DNA from: Antedon mediterranea
Lineage: Eukaryota > Animalia > Echinodermata
Direction: 5' to 3'
Length of the DNA stretch: 64,000 nucleotides
NCBI RefSeq assembly: GCF_964355755.1
Contig: NC_092671.1
Coordinates: 40,372,304 to 40,436,303, forward strand
Shown here: one piece after another, positions 52,011-64,000 of the stretch
How positions within the stretch are numbered: position 1 is the first letter of the stretch
How the letters are laid out: each line of letters opens with the position of its first letter
Made by a program: the position numbers and the translations under genes
The notes under the pieces: generated by a model
The model's input: only the letters and a program-made list of their open reading frames with translations
The model's database searches: none
Told to the model about the DNA's origin: nothing

Positions 52011-55000
52011 GCCCATACGTCTAACCTGAGCAATAAAGCAAACCGAACGTACACACGACCGTAGAGACTCGTTGGAAACATTAAAAACCAATGAGCGTTA
52101 AATGAAAGACTTTGGTTGCTACGAATTCATTTTATACAAACTCGATGAAAAAAATGGCATCTCCGTGATTTATCTTTGCAATTTAGTCCATATTACAAAC
52201 TTTAAACAGCAAAATGATACTGATGTGTGTGCTTGGACTAAAATCAATATATTAAAGTTAAGGCCAATTTACACAAACGAGCGGTAAAAACAGTAAGCGG
52301 AAAACCGCGTGCCTTGTTCCACGTAGAATCTGTATCTATCTTGAGCGAAACCACCCGTCCGCCGCTCTACGCGTTGTGTGTACTGTAAATATCGTCATAA
52401 GGAATCACATAGATTCTGTATTTTTTACTCGGGGAGTCTAGGACTCGCTCATCATCTTCTCCTCTTCCTCTTCTTCCATCTGGACACTATTGAGCCAACT
52501 TTCAAGTCCTAACTAGTTATTTACGCGTCGTCTCTGACGGTTCTGAAACATGGCATGCATATACTAGGGTTATAGGTGAACAAAGCTATAGAAAGAAACT
52601 ATAGAAATGTCAAACCGGATGCAGCCATATGACGTCTCGAAGATGATACCTTGGTGCCAAACGATTTCGTCGAAATATAGCCATGTTTGGTGTCATTTCA
52701 AAGGTCTTGACTTGGAGAATAAGAATAGTAATATATATAATATATACAGCAAAGCCTATTTATGATATTATGACGTCACTTCTGCTCCCAGAAATAGCAA
52801 AATAGCAATTTCATAATTTACCGCAATTACGCCATTTCCGGTTATGTGACGTAACTTTTCGGAATATAGCCGTATTTGGTAGCGAGGTTATTGATGTGTA
52901 TGTGACGTTACATACCGTCTCATGACGTCATTATAGCTTCTTTTTCTGTACCTCGAGTATCGCACATCCGTGCTTGTATATTACCGTTACCACTCGTCTA
53001 TGTAAAGACTATTCGATTGTGTACCGTACGGTACCATCCCATCACTCAAAAAACAAAAACAAAAAAATGTAATTAGATTTCTTAAACGATCAACCGAATT
53101 GGACTTCAAACTGAAATCAACCAATTTTAATTCATGTAAATTAGTCTCAACATCGAATCAAATAATAACTGAATTAATTAACCAGGGGACATCCTGCGTG
53201 GGGCCGGGTGGTCGACCAATATGATCGACCCAGTGGTTCATGCGCCTCATGAGGCGCACACTAATTAGTAGTACACGTGTCCACCACCACACCCCACAAC
53301 AAAAAAGTTTAGGCAACATAGACGTTGGTGGCGTATGACTGATAGGGAGAAATTATGATAAATAAATTAGTATTCAGAGCGTCATTTCGACGATCGAGCA
53401 TTCTCTACTTCTACGGAGCGCCATTTATGCCTTTATTTACTTCCGAATTAGAAATAGTACTACGGTAACTGCTCCAGTGAGGACCTAATTTAGCACCGGG
53501 GGAGCACAGTGATATAAAATAGAAATAAGTCACTAATTTCTTTTCGTATATTAATAACACTGTGCTCAAGTGGACCCAATATGGAGCCAGGGGAGCACAG
53601 TGATATAAAATAGAAAAAAGTCACTGAATTTTAATATCTTTTCGTATGTTAATACACTGTGCTCAAGTGGACCCAATATGGAGCCAGGGGAGCACAGTGA
53701 TATAAAATAGAAAAAAGTCACTGAATTTTAATATCTTTTCGTCTGTTAATACACTGTGCTCAAGTGGACCCAATATGGAGCCAGGGGAGCACAGTGATAT
53801 AAAATAGAAAAAAGTCACTGAATTTTAATATCTTTTCGTATGTTAATACACTGTGCTCAAGTGGACCCAATATGGAGCCAGGGGAGCACAGTGATATAAA
53901 ATAGAAATAAGTCATTGAATTTTAATATCTTTTCGTATGTTAATACACTGTGCTCAAGTGGACCCAATATGGAGCCAGGGGAGCACAGTGATATAAAATA
54001 GAAAAAAGTCACTGAATTTTAATATCTTTTCGTTTGTTAATACACTGTGCTCAAGTGGACCCAATTTGGAGCCAGGGGAGCACAGTGATATAAAATAGAA
54101 AAAAGTCACTGAATTTTAATATCTTTTCGTATGTTAATACACTGTGCTCAAGTGGACCCAATATGGAGCCAGGAGCACAGTGATATAAAATAGAAATAAG
54201 TCACTGAATTTTAATATCTTTTCGTATTTTAATACACTGTGGTCAAGTGGACCTATTTTAGAGCCAGGAGAGCCCAGAGTGATATAAAACAGAAATAAGT
54301 CACTGAATGTTAATATATTTTCGTATGTTAATACACTGTGGTCAAGAAGTGGACCTATTTAAGAGCCAGGAGAGCACAGAGTGATATAAAATAGAAATAA
54401 GTCACTGAATTTTAATATCTTTTCGTATGTTAATACACTGTGCTCACGTGGATCCAATTTGGCGCGCGCCAGTGAACACAGTGATATAAAATAGAAAAAA
54501 GTCAGTAAATTATAATAATTATCTTTTCGTATTTTAATACACTGTGCTCAAGTGGACCCAATTTGGCACCAATGGGAGCACAGGGAAATAGCCACATACA
54601 AAAACATCGAGAAAAAATACTGGAATTTAAAACTATTTCAAACTCGGTATATTATGTTCAATATCGGTTACTTCATCCGTAAACCAAACTCTCCATTAAC
54701 CCATACAAAAACGATCGGAGACAAACTATCTGTTTTAAAACATGTTTATTCTGGGATTCTGGCCAAACACACAAACTATCATAAACGTTTATTCATAACA
54801 TATTACAATACAATATCTTTGATTAACAAAATCAAAATTTAACAGTGTGGTGTGTTGACCGCGAATGACTAACAATAGCATTTTTCCCGACTACACCTGC
54901 ACGTGACCATTGCATACCAAACCGTTTGGTACACCTGCGATGAAAATAATAAATTTCAATTTAAAATTGAGGGCGGCAAACATAACATTTACGAGATTGA

Positions 55001-55044
55001 ATACAGGTTGAAAAAAATTTAAAAAAAAAAGATGTTAAATGTGC

Positions 55045-55284
55045 TCCTCTTTGTCTCAGCACTAAGGCCCTGCCACATCCTTTTGGGGACGTTTCCACCA
55101 CATCACCAGATGCATTGATGTTGTCGCCTCATGATGTGTGGTGGAAAGGGGGACGTATGATCTGTGAACCCCAAACACAGTGGCTCGCATAGCCTTAACT
55201 CTATTCCACCGACCAGCGTGGGAATCGAACCCACAACATACGTGTTGTGAAAACACGACGCTCAGACGACTGAGCTAACTGGCG
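55045..55284 (-). mobile_element. tRNA-derived SINE
   Basis: gccagttagctcagtcg...gggttcgattccc head followed by a non-tRNA body. Confidence 0.7.
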
Positions 55285-55616
55285 ATTTTGGTTTTAACAA
55301 GGTTCATAGGATATTTATGACGTAATGGTGAATTACGTAATACACGTATAAATAGACTATTATCAGCTGTTCAGTCATGTACTACTCTGTGGCCGAACGG
55401 GTAATGCTCAGGTTAGAATGCTCTCAGCTCTAGTAGATTGGGTTCGAACCTCTACGGATATTTTTTTTTTTTTTGGGAATTGAAAATAAATATTGTTTTT
55501 CTTTGATTTTGAGAGAGAGAGATATTTTAAGGGTTGTAAATGTCAGGCCTAAACAAGTGGACCTTTTTTAAAATAAAAAACAAAGTTGCATAGCATTATT
55601 TTCCATTAAATAGTAT

Positions 55617-55777
55617 ACAAATAATGAATGTTTATGAGTGCAATGGTACAAATAATGGCACGAGGTGAATGATGAAAGGTTATATCAACGAGGCAAAGCC
55701 GAGTTGATATAACCTTTCATCATTCACCAAGTGCCATTATTTGTACCATTACACGAATACAAAACATTCATTATTTG
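55617..55777. mobile_element. Palindromic MITE-like hairpin
   Basis: ~70-bp arms around a central gaggcaaagccgag. Confidence 0.75.
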
Positions 55778-57033
55778 TTTTATATAACATCTAAATAACA
55801 AACAAAAATGTTTCAAAAAGTACTATTTAACGATCGTTGAATAGTGCGTACTATTGCACGCCATGTGACCCACATTCGTCCAATCAAATGACAGGAATTT
55901 ATATAGGTGTTATATAAACTGCCATAAAACCTCAAAAAGAAGCCCATGTGCTCCTTTATTTTTAGTACTCTTGGGTGGGCTTCTTTTCCACATGGAGTTC
56001 TTTTCGAGATTACTTTTGCCAACTAAAAGCATTAGCTACTAGGTTCCCGCCCGGAAAATGATTTATTTACATGATTTGAATTAACAATTTTATAATGTAA
56101 AGATTAACAACATCAAATTTAACAGTGTGGCGTGCACAAACTCATTTGTATAACAACGCACGGCATACCAAACTGTTTAAAATAGAGCTGCAATGTCCCC
56201 GGAAATGACATTTATTATTTTTTTTTAACAACATATATAAGAATCTTCAGTATACAGAGCAAAGACAATTTTGAAAATAGAGCTGCATAGGTTCCCGCCC
56301 GAAAAAATGGCACTTTTATGATTTGAAATTATAACAATAGACAATTATGACAATAGAGCTTGTCTCCGGAAAGTGCACCTATTCATTGAAATATGAAATT
56401 AAATATTAAGACTCTAGTTTTTTAAACCAGAAACAACAGCAGCTTGGTTTAACAGATATAAAGACAATTACAACAACTCAGAAATACTTAAATTACGACG
56501 AAACAGATGAAGATTGGAATTTAAAATGTCGATATGGGGATGGGCCTGGACTAAACTATTATAAGATAAACTTAATCTTGATGTAGGCCTAAATATTTTA
56601 AAGAACATTGACTCTGCTAAAGGGAACACAAAGGATATTGTTGTTTCTTAAATTTATTAAAATGTAGTGACTTTTTGTCTATATACCACTGTGCTCCCCG
56701 GCAAATTGGGTTCAATTAAGCACAGTGTATTAACATACAAAAAGATATTAAAATTCAGTTACTTTATTTGTATTTTATATCACTGAGTGTGCTCCACTGG
56801 CGCAAAATTGGGTCCACTTGAGCACAGTGTATTAACATACAAAAATATATTTAATTTAGTGATTTATTTCTATTCTACATCACTGTGCTCCACCGGTGCC
56901 AAATGTGATGCACTTGAGCAGTTACGGTAGTACTATTTCTATTTCGGAAGTAAATAAAGGCATAAATGGCGCTCCGTAGAGAAGTAGAGAATGATCCATC
57001 GATCGTCAGAATGTACCTCAAATAAATAAATAA

Positions 57034-59849
57034 CGCCGTGGTTAGGATTCCGGCACCGGAACTCAACTGCCCAGCGTTAGGGAATCCGGCACGCGATTGC
57101 GCATGCCCAGAGTGAGGTAATCGGCGCATAGTTGCCATTTCTGGCATTATTATGCTTTTTGGCATTATTTAGAGGCTCACGGCATCTGGCATAATGCCGC
57201 GGCATTATTTAGCCGTTTTTAGCATAATCTGGCATAATTTTGTGTTTTTTGAACAACCAAAAAAATAATATACCACAGAACAAAAATATTTTGTTTAATC
57301 TTGCAATTTAATACATATCACCTTACACAATATCATATCGTACAAAACAGATCTGTTCGGGTTTTCCGTACAATAGTTCTTCCATCCTTTTGTTTCGGAC
57401 TTAAATAGACTCTTCGGATAGGAAGGCTGCTCGAAAACTACCGTGTGTGCGATATAGGCAGCACAACAAATCCGAAGAGGCTAGCTATTGGCCAATTATG
57501 TTGCTCTATTTCAGAGACCATGCAGGTTATTGGATCCCCAGATATAGAGACAATTTAACGAAAACATTATGAAAGGGGTTTTGTTGTTTCAGTTCATAAT
57601 AAGTGGCTGCACCCCTACCCCAACCCTTGAAATGGCAATTTCCAGTAACTATAAGCTCTAATTTTAAAAAGAATTTCTTCTAGGAGAATTTGTTTTCCAT
57701 ATTTCAAATTATGTTCCATTTGCATCGTCGTAGCAACCCTATTTTTCCAAATGTTCTTCACCTCTCAGCCCCAGTAGTGACCATGTGGGCGAGGTAATTT
57801 TTATTTAAAATTAAGTGCCATTTCCGCCCATCGAGCAGCTCTATTTTTCCAATTTTTTTTACCTCAGCCCCAACCATGGTGGGGCTTACGTCATGGAGAC
57901 ACTTAATATATATTTTTATTTCCTATTTTAAATTATAATTGCCATTTTCAAAACTATGATGGGCTAAGATCCTGGAGGTACTAATAAATATATTTTTATT
58001 TCATATTTGAAATTAAGTGCCATTTTCGCCCATTGAGCAGCTCTATTTTTCCAAATTTTCTTACCTCAGCACCATCCATGGTGGAGCTGAGGTCCTGGAG
58101 ACACTTATATATATTTTTATTTCCTATTTTAAATTATAATTGCCATTTTCAAAACTATGATGGGCTAAGATCCTGGAGGTACTAATAAATATATTTTTAT
58201 TTCATATTTGAAATTAAGTGCCATTTTCGCCCATTGAGCAGCTCTATTTTTCCAAATTTTCTTACCTCAGCACCAGCCATGGTGGAGCTGAGGTCCTGGA
58301 GACACTTATATATATTTTTATTTCCTATTTTAGATTATAATTGCCATTTTCGAACTATGGTGGGCTAAGATCCTGGAGGTACTAATAAATATATTTTTAT
58401 TTCATATCTGAAATTAAGTGCCATTTTCCGGCCATCGAGCAGCTCTATTTTCCAAATGTTTGTACCTCAGTCCCAACCATGGTGGGGCTGAGGTCCTGGA
58501 GACACTTTTTTAATATATAATTATTTTGATTTCCTATTTTCAATTATAATTGCCATTTTCGAACTATGGTGGGATAAGATCCTGGAGACACTAATAAATA
58601 TATTTTTATTTCATATTTTAAATTAAGTGGCATTTCTGGCCATCAGCATTTTTCAAAATTTTCTTATCAACCACGGTGGGGCTGAGGTCCTGGAGACACT
58701 TAATATATATTTTTATTTCCTATTTTAAATTATAATTGCCATTTTCTAATTATGGTGGGCTAAGATCCTTTCATATTTGAAATTAAGTGCAAAGATCGAG
58801 CAGCTCTCATATTTCAGCTCAAAAATTCTAAATTTCCATGGCTGTAACAGGTTTTTTTTTGTGGGGGGTGGGGGGGGGAGAAGGGTTCGTGGATTGGTGT
58901 TTGTGTCATTTGCAATTACCATTTTCGCACCCCAGATATTTTTAGAATTATTAGTTATTACTCACAAAACTAAAAATACAATTTTTGAACGACATAGGGA
59001 TACAATTTAGGCCCTATTTTGTGTCAGTTGGGGTTTTACAAACGTTTATTAGACATACAACCGTTGGTGGCGCTGTTTAGGGCCACATTTTGGGGATCTG
59101 GCATTATTTTTCCCAATCTGGCATTATTTGAGACAGGATACGGCATAATTTAAATTTTATCGCTGGCAACGCTGAATCGGCGACTCTCTATACTCGATCC
59201 ATCTACAGACTAGACTAACAGCGATGGATTAATAGCTGCGCCACGGCGAACTAGCCTAGGCATAGATGCCTACCAGCTAAAAATGTGACCAGGGGCCTAT
59301 TTATTTCGCAATTAAAAAAGTGGTTGCTTCATGACTAGTTTTATGATTTTTCAAGTACAAAATAAAAGATTTCATATAACGCATTATATTGTAATAACAT
59401 GCGTAGGCCTATACAAGTTGATTTGTTGACAGCAGCCGCCGCGCGGATATGATGTGAAAAAAAAAAGAACCGTTTGGGAAGTCGGGGTCGCTACGCGCGC
59501 TATTCACTTTGTCTAATAAAATTACAGCATTACGATTCTTTGATAGATAGGCTGATTCTTAGCAATATCATAATAATTATTTTAACGCGTGGCGTAGTGG
59601 TATTTTAATTATTAATTCATATGGCCTAGGCTAGGCCAAGTTTCATCCATCGCTCTCTCGCTCGCGCAACGACTAACTATAGGCAATAGGCTACAGTAAA
59701 TTCCTATAATAAACACTCCGACTCTCGGTGGTGTGGTGCGCGGTAAGTGCAAAAAGCTATAATTAATTCGCTCTGGGCATGCGCAATAGCCTGTCGGATT
59801 CCCTAACGATGGGCAGTTGAGTTCCGGTGCCGGAATCCTAACCACGGCG
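57034..59849. mobile_element. Mutator-like (MULE) non-autonomous element with 9-bp TSD
   Basis: ~85-bp TIR cgccgtggttaggattccggcaccggaactcaactgccca...; TSD aataaataa at 57025-57033 and 59850-59858. Confidence 0.85.
57127..59174. mobile_element. hAT- or P-like non-autonomous element with 8-bp TSD, nested in the MULE
   Basis: Ends catagttgcca / tggcaacgctg; TSD aatcggcg at 57119-57126 and 59175-59182; subterminal ggcatta/ggcataa motifs; internal ~200-bp tandem repeat at ~57770-58800. Confidence 0.85.
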
Positions 59850-59857
59850 AATAAATA

Positions 59858-62800
59858 ATGGATTTGACGGAAATGGAAGGGAACAAAAAACATGATTTTG
59901 ACAGGACTAAATGTATATTTAAAGCTGCTGTTGCAGCTGTGAAAAACATGCCTCAGCAAGGTGTGTACTATATATTTATTGTTATGCTTTGGAATACAAA
60001 TCCCACACACCTAGGCCTAGCAGCCCATTACAATAGGCCTACAAGGCTTACTACGGAATGTTTCGGCCCAAAGACGCTTTAGCCCGAGACGTTTCGGCCC
60101 GTATTAAGTATGTAATTATTGAAAATTTAATAATGGAAAAGGGTTTCAATTAATAGTATTTTATCTTGTTTTTTAAATCTGAGTTTCTTAATATCAACAT
60201 AGTTTGCCTAACTAGCATTTTAGGCCTACTACTGCTGTACAAAAGAAAGACAAAGAGTTAAATTTCATTTGTTTGAGTTTTAACTACTAATCTACTTACT
60301 AACTACTATCTAATGTACTTTATTCTTTTTCAAAGGTCCTTTCAAACCCTCTGTTGGTATGATGAAAACATTTTATGGTTTATATAAGCAAGCCACTGTG
60401 GGGCCATGTAATGTGAATAAACCTTCCTATTTTGATCCAGTTGGGAGAGCTAAGTGGTAAGTTTAAGTGCTAGAAAAAAATGTTAAATATATTAAATACA
60501 TCTAGGCCTATTTCTTTCTTTCTTTCATTTATTTGGCATCTCAATACATAACATTAAAAATACATCAATAATATATATAATCACCTTAAATATTAAAATA
60601 CATCAAAAAAGCAAATAAAAATGGCGGGATTAATGAAGTCTGACAATGCACGGGAAAACACATAAAGTCGTTTAAAGTAAAACAACTTAATTCCAATGTG
60701 GTCCCTAAAAAGATAGTAATTATAATTTTAACAAAACAAACATTATAAGACGGGGTTCATAAATATATAAGCATATAAGCAAAACATCTGATATAATGGC
60801 ACAATAATAATTTATCTATGTTTAATTTTGTAATATTGTTTCAATTCAGTTTTAAATTTAGATGTGTTGGAAATTTGTTTCACAAACACGTTGACAGTCA
60901 GAAACGAGCCCAACACAACAGCTTCTCAACTTACTTGATAATAATTATTAATAATATTAAATTGTGTTGACAGGGAAGCATGGTCATCTTTGGCAGACTT
61001 ACCTAAGGAGGGAGCAATGTTGCAATATATTGAAGCATTTTCTAAGGTAAATTTTAATAATTATGTGAATCTTATGTGAACAATACCTTCTTCCAATCAA
61101 ATATCTCTATGTTCCATTTTTCGTTCAACAGTTACTGTATATATTATGATGTGAAATGCTTATTAATGATAACTTCATTGGATAAAGTAAAAACATAGCA
61201 AAACCACAATATATGTCAGATTTCTCTTTTCAGGCTTTACTTTCAAATTCAAATGCAGCCAACATTTACCAATTTTCACAGGTATTATTAATTATGTATT
61301 TTGATATAAAGTTTGTGATACACTGGCAGGTATATTAGTTTTATTAGTTACAAAGGTTGTTTAATACAGATCTGTTTCAAACTGTAGTAAGCCTTATTAT
61401 TATTATCATATTTAACCAAAAAAGTGCAAATTCCAACATTAAATTTAAAGAAGTATAATGTATTTTGTTTTAATGATAATAACTAATGAGTTATTTCTGT
61501 AATTTAATATAGACCTAATATTTATATTACAGACACTAAATGATTCGCCCAAAACAAGAGAATCGGAACAATTTATAAAAGCAATCACACCATTTCTTGA
61601 AGCATTATCCCCAAAGATAAATGGTGATAACAGCATAGAAGGTGATAATATACTCAATGGTGGTGTTGAACATGACAGGATAAGTGATGAAAAAAGTGAT
61701 AGCGAAAGTGATGAAATAAGTAATCGTTTAAATAAAATTGAAGAAATAGGAGATGAGAGTGGCGGTGCTGGTGACAATAGACCTGTCCAACATAAAACTG
61801 TTAAATTTGGTAAGTTTGATAGCCAGAAAAACTAATCAAAATATATTTACAATTTGTAAGATTTATTTATTTTGTAAGGAAGCCCTCACAAGCTTAATTT
61901 TCACCACCTTAATCTGTTAATTTATTACTATAGAGTATGATTGAAATAAGGGAAAAAACATACATGTAACAAAAAGCCTTTAAAATCTTTGTTTTTGTTG
62001 CAGATGAAGATAATCTGTCAAGTAGTAGTGAAAATGAAGACTTCTGTGACACACTTGATGAAATTGAGGTAAGTTAAACTGTGATGTGCCCAAATATGGT
62101 AGGGATATGCCCAAACATGGTAGTGATATGCCCAAACATGGTAGTGATATGACACCATGTCCATATAGGAGCACATCACATTTTTTGTCACATGTTTGAT
62201 AGTGTAGAGAGAGCTTAAGACTGGATCACATGCTTTCACTACAAATGCATGTCTAAGTAAGGCAGGGTGTTTATTGTGTATACAGTACTTCTATTATTTT
62301 TAAGATAACAGAAGAAGAAGAAGGTAATAGTGTATATCAAACATCAACTGTTGATTATAATACAGGTAAGAACAAAAGTTATCAGAAACCAATAAATGAT
62401 GTCTAAAGGGCTGGACTTCCATAAAATTAAACATAATTATTATAATAATGACCATTGCTATACAAGCGTATGATTATGTACTATGATTACTACTACATTG
62501 TATTACTATGCTATACAAATTAAATGGGTGACTTACATTGAATTCATATTACTGGGTAAGCATTGTGAGAATAACCAGAGTTGATCAATTACAAGCTATA
62601 GTAGTAGTGTAATATGATAGGTGACTAGAATCCCTGAGGAGGCTTAGCCAAGCAGCTCCTTACCAGCTCACACCATGCCTGCAAGTGATCCACTCATGAT
62701 ATGTAAATTAGGTCATTGTTGCTAACAATAGGCTTTGACACCTGTACTACTAGAACCTCATTGGCTCATTGAAATATGAATATTCGTTACTATGGGCTTT

Positions 62801-64000
62801 TACACCTGCTCTACTAGAACCTCATTGGCTCATTAAAATATGAATATTCATTACTATGGGCTTTTACACCTGCACTACTAGAACCTCATTGGCTAATTAA
62901 AATATGAATATTCATTACTATAAACATACATTGAAAGTAACAGTCCCAAAACACACTAACTATAAAACTGATCTTTCTATATAACACATGTAAATTTACC
63001 ATATCCTATATAAAATAGAAAACCACACCTATCATCATATATATATAACTATAAATCCATAAATAACATGAGTATATATAAATAATTTAAATAAATCAAA
63101 GAGCTGCATAGGCAGGGCATAGAAAAAAAAGTTAAAACTGCCTCAATATAAGTTTATACCTGTTTTCATGCAATCCATCTATTATAATAAATCTAGTAAA
63201 AATAGTATACATATAATTTACTGCAATAGAATTGGCTGCTGTTACTGATTTCAAGCTATCAACAACAACTGCAAGCAACCAACAATTATTACATGTTTTG
63301 GAAAACATTCAACAAGATATGAATGAAATGATAACCAAAATAACAAAATTAGAAACCCAATTGAAAAGAAACTTAACAGTAAGTATTTGTAAAATCCTTT
63401 TATGGTAATACTATTCTTTTTGTTTTCAAATTGTTTACTATACTCCTAGCTTTTTCTGATATATTCAAATAATGTTGACTGCAAAATCTCCCACAAACAT
63501 CATTTGGAGAGACACACCCTTTGGCTACAGTTGCTTTGACACCTCTTGTGTCTCCTCAGTGCTCCCTTTGTGATAGTTGTCTTTGACACCTCTTGTGTCT
63601 CCTCGGTGCTCCCTTTGTGATAGTTGTCTTTGACACCTCTTGTGTCTCCTCAGTGCTCCCTTTGTGATAGTTGTCTTTGACACCTCTTGTGTCTCCTCAG
63701 TGCTCCCTTTGTGATAGTTGTCTTTGACACCTCTTGTGTCTCCTCAGTGCTCCCTTTTTATGTTTTACTGAAAGGAATAAATAAATAACTCAATAAATCA
63801 CATTCCTTTAAGATTTCTATGATTGTTGCTTGTTAACACATCTTTTTTTTTCACTAATAGGCTAAACAGGAAGGTAAAGTGTCAGCTTCATACTTTGTTA
63901 ACATGACTACAAAGCAGATAGCAGTGCATGCATTTCTCATTTGTGTTTGGCCCTTTGTTATCCGCTGGTTTATCAAATATATATGGCGGCAGAAAAAGAA
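59858..64000 (+). CDS. ACBD5: Acyl-CoA-binding domain protein ACBD4/5-like; runs off the window end
   Basis: Exons 59858-59960, 60336-60456, 60974-61046, 61533-61809, 62004-62068, 62305-62365, 63230-63378 and 63861->64000. ACB motif FYGLYKQATVGPCN...DPVGRAKWEAW, FFAT-like SSSENEDFCDTLDE, coiled coil, C-terminal TM FLICVWPFVIRW with a basic tail. Confidence 0.9.
62075..62215. mobile_element. MITE family A copy directly after a splice donor
   Basis: Family core with an internal duplication and a gatagtgtagagagagct end. Confidence 0.8.
62738..62920. repeat. ~64-bp tandem repeat x3
   Basis: acacctg.actactagaacctcattggctcatt.aaatatgaatattc.ttactatgggctttt. Confidence 0.88.
63528..63756. repeat. 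47-bp minisatellite x~5
   Basis: agttgtctttgacacctcttgtgtctcctcagtgctccctttgtgat. Confidence 0.93.

Larger units (their letters stand above)
53389..57007. mobile_element. Foldback-type element: long inverted termini with a subterminal 97-bp satellite
   Basis: 53389-53490 is the reverse complement of ~56910-57007. About 11 units of 97 bp on the left (53480-54585) and about 3 inverted units on the right. No clear TSD. Confidence 0.8.

Noticed and set aside
53480-54585. Regular array resembling CRISPR
   Set aside because: Whole units repeat with no unique spacers, there are no cas genes, and the context is eukaryotic.
55374-55460. tRNA-like sequence (also the head at 55205-55284)
   Set aside because: A and B boxes are present but I could not fold a canonical cloverleaf; treated as SINE or pseudo-tRNA.
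60055-60101. gacgtttcggccc motifs resembling an antisense hammerhead
   Set aside because: A short degenerate tandem repeat lacking the catalytic core.
61445-61777. Minus-strand Ser/Leu-rich ORF
   Set aside because: Antisense shadow of ACBD5 exon 61533-61809.

Overview
AT-rich, intron-containing animal genomic DNA. A marine invertebrate, possibly a deuterostome, is my inference from the gene and repeat types. I reconstructed five spliced genes by hand from GT-AG signals and reading frames. On the minus strand are two tandem SLC28/CNT nucleoside transporter paralogues (4424-9883 and 14405-20289), a SWSAP1-like RAD51-paralogue ATPase (34650-38544, 3' end unresolved) and a CACNG/TARP-like claudin-fold gene (40352-48871, one junction unresolved). 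On the plus strand is an ACBD4/5-like gene running from 59858 off the window end. The rest is dense in mobile DNA and minisatellites: a Penelope-like retroelement with inverted pLTRs and a candidate minimal hammerhead ribozyme, L2/CR1-group LINE fragments, tRNA-derived SINEs, and Harbinger-, Kolobok-, Ginger-, MULE-, hAT/P- and Helentron-like non-autonomous elements. Most repetitive ORFs in the supplied track are minisatellite artefacts. The most notable signals are a nested transposon stack whose 9-bp TSD overlaps the ACBD5 start codon, TAGGCCTA-rich tracts just behind first exons, an Asn-to-Ser change at a ribose-binding position in one CNT paralogue, and a 13-nt start-codon microexon. No database searches were run, so all family names come from recognised motifs.
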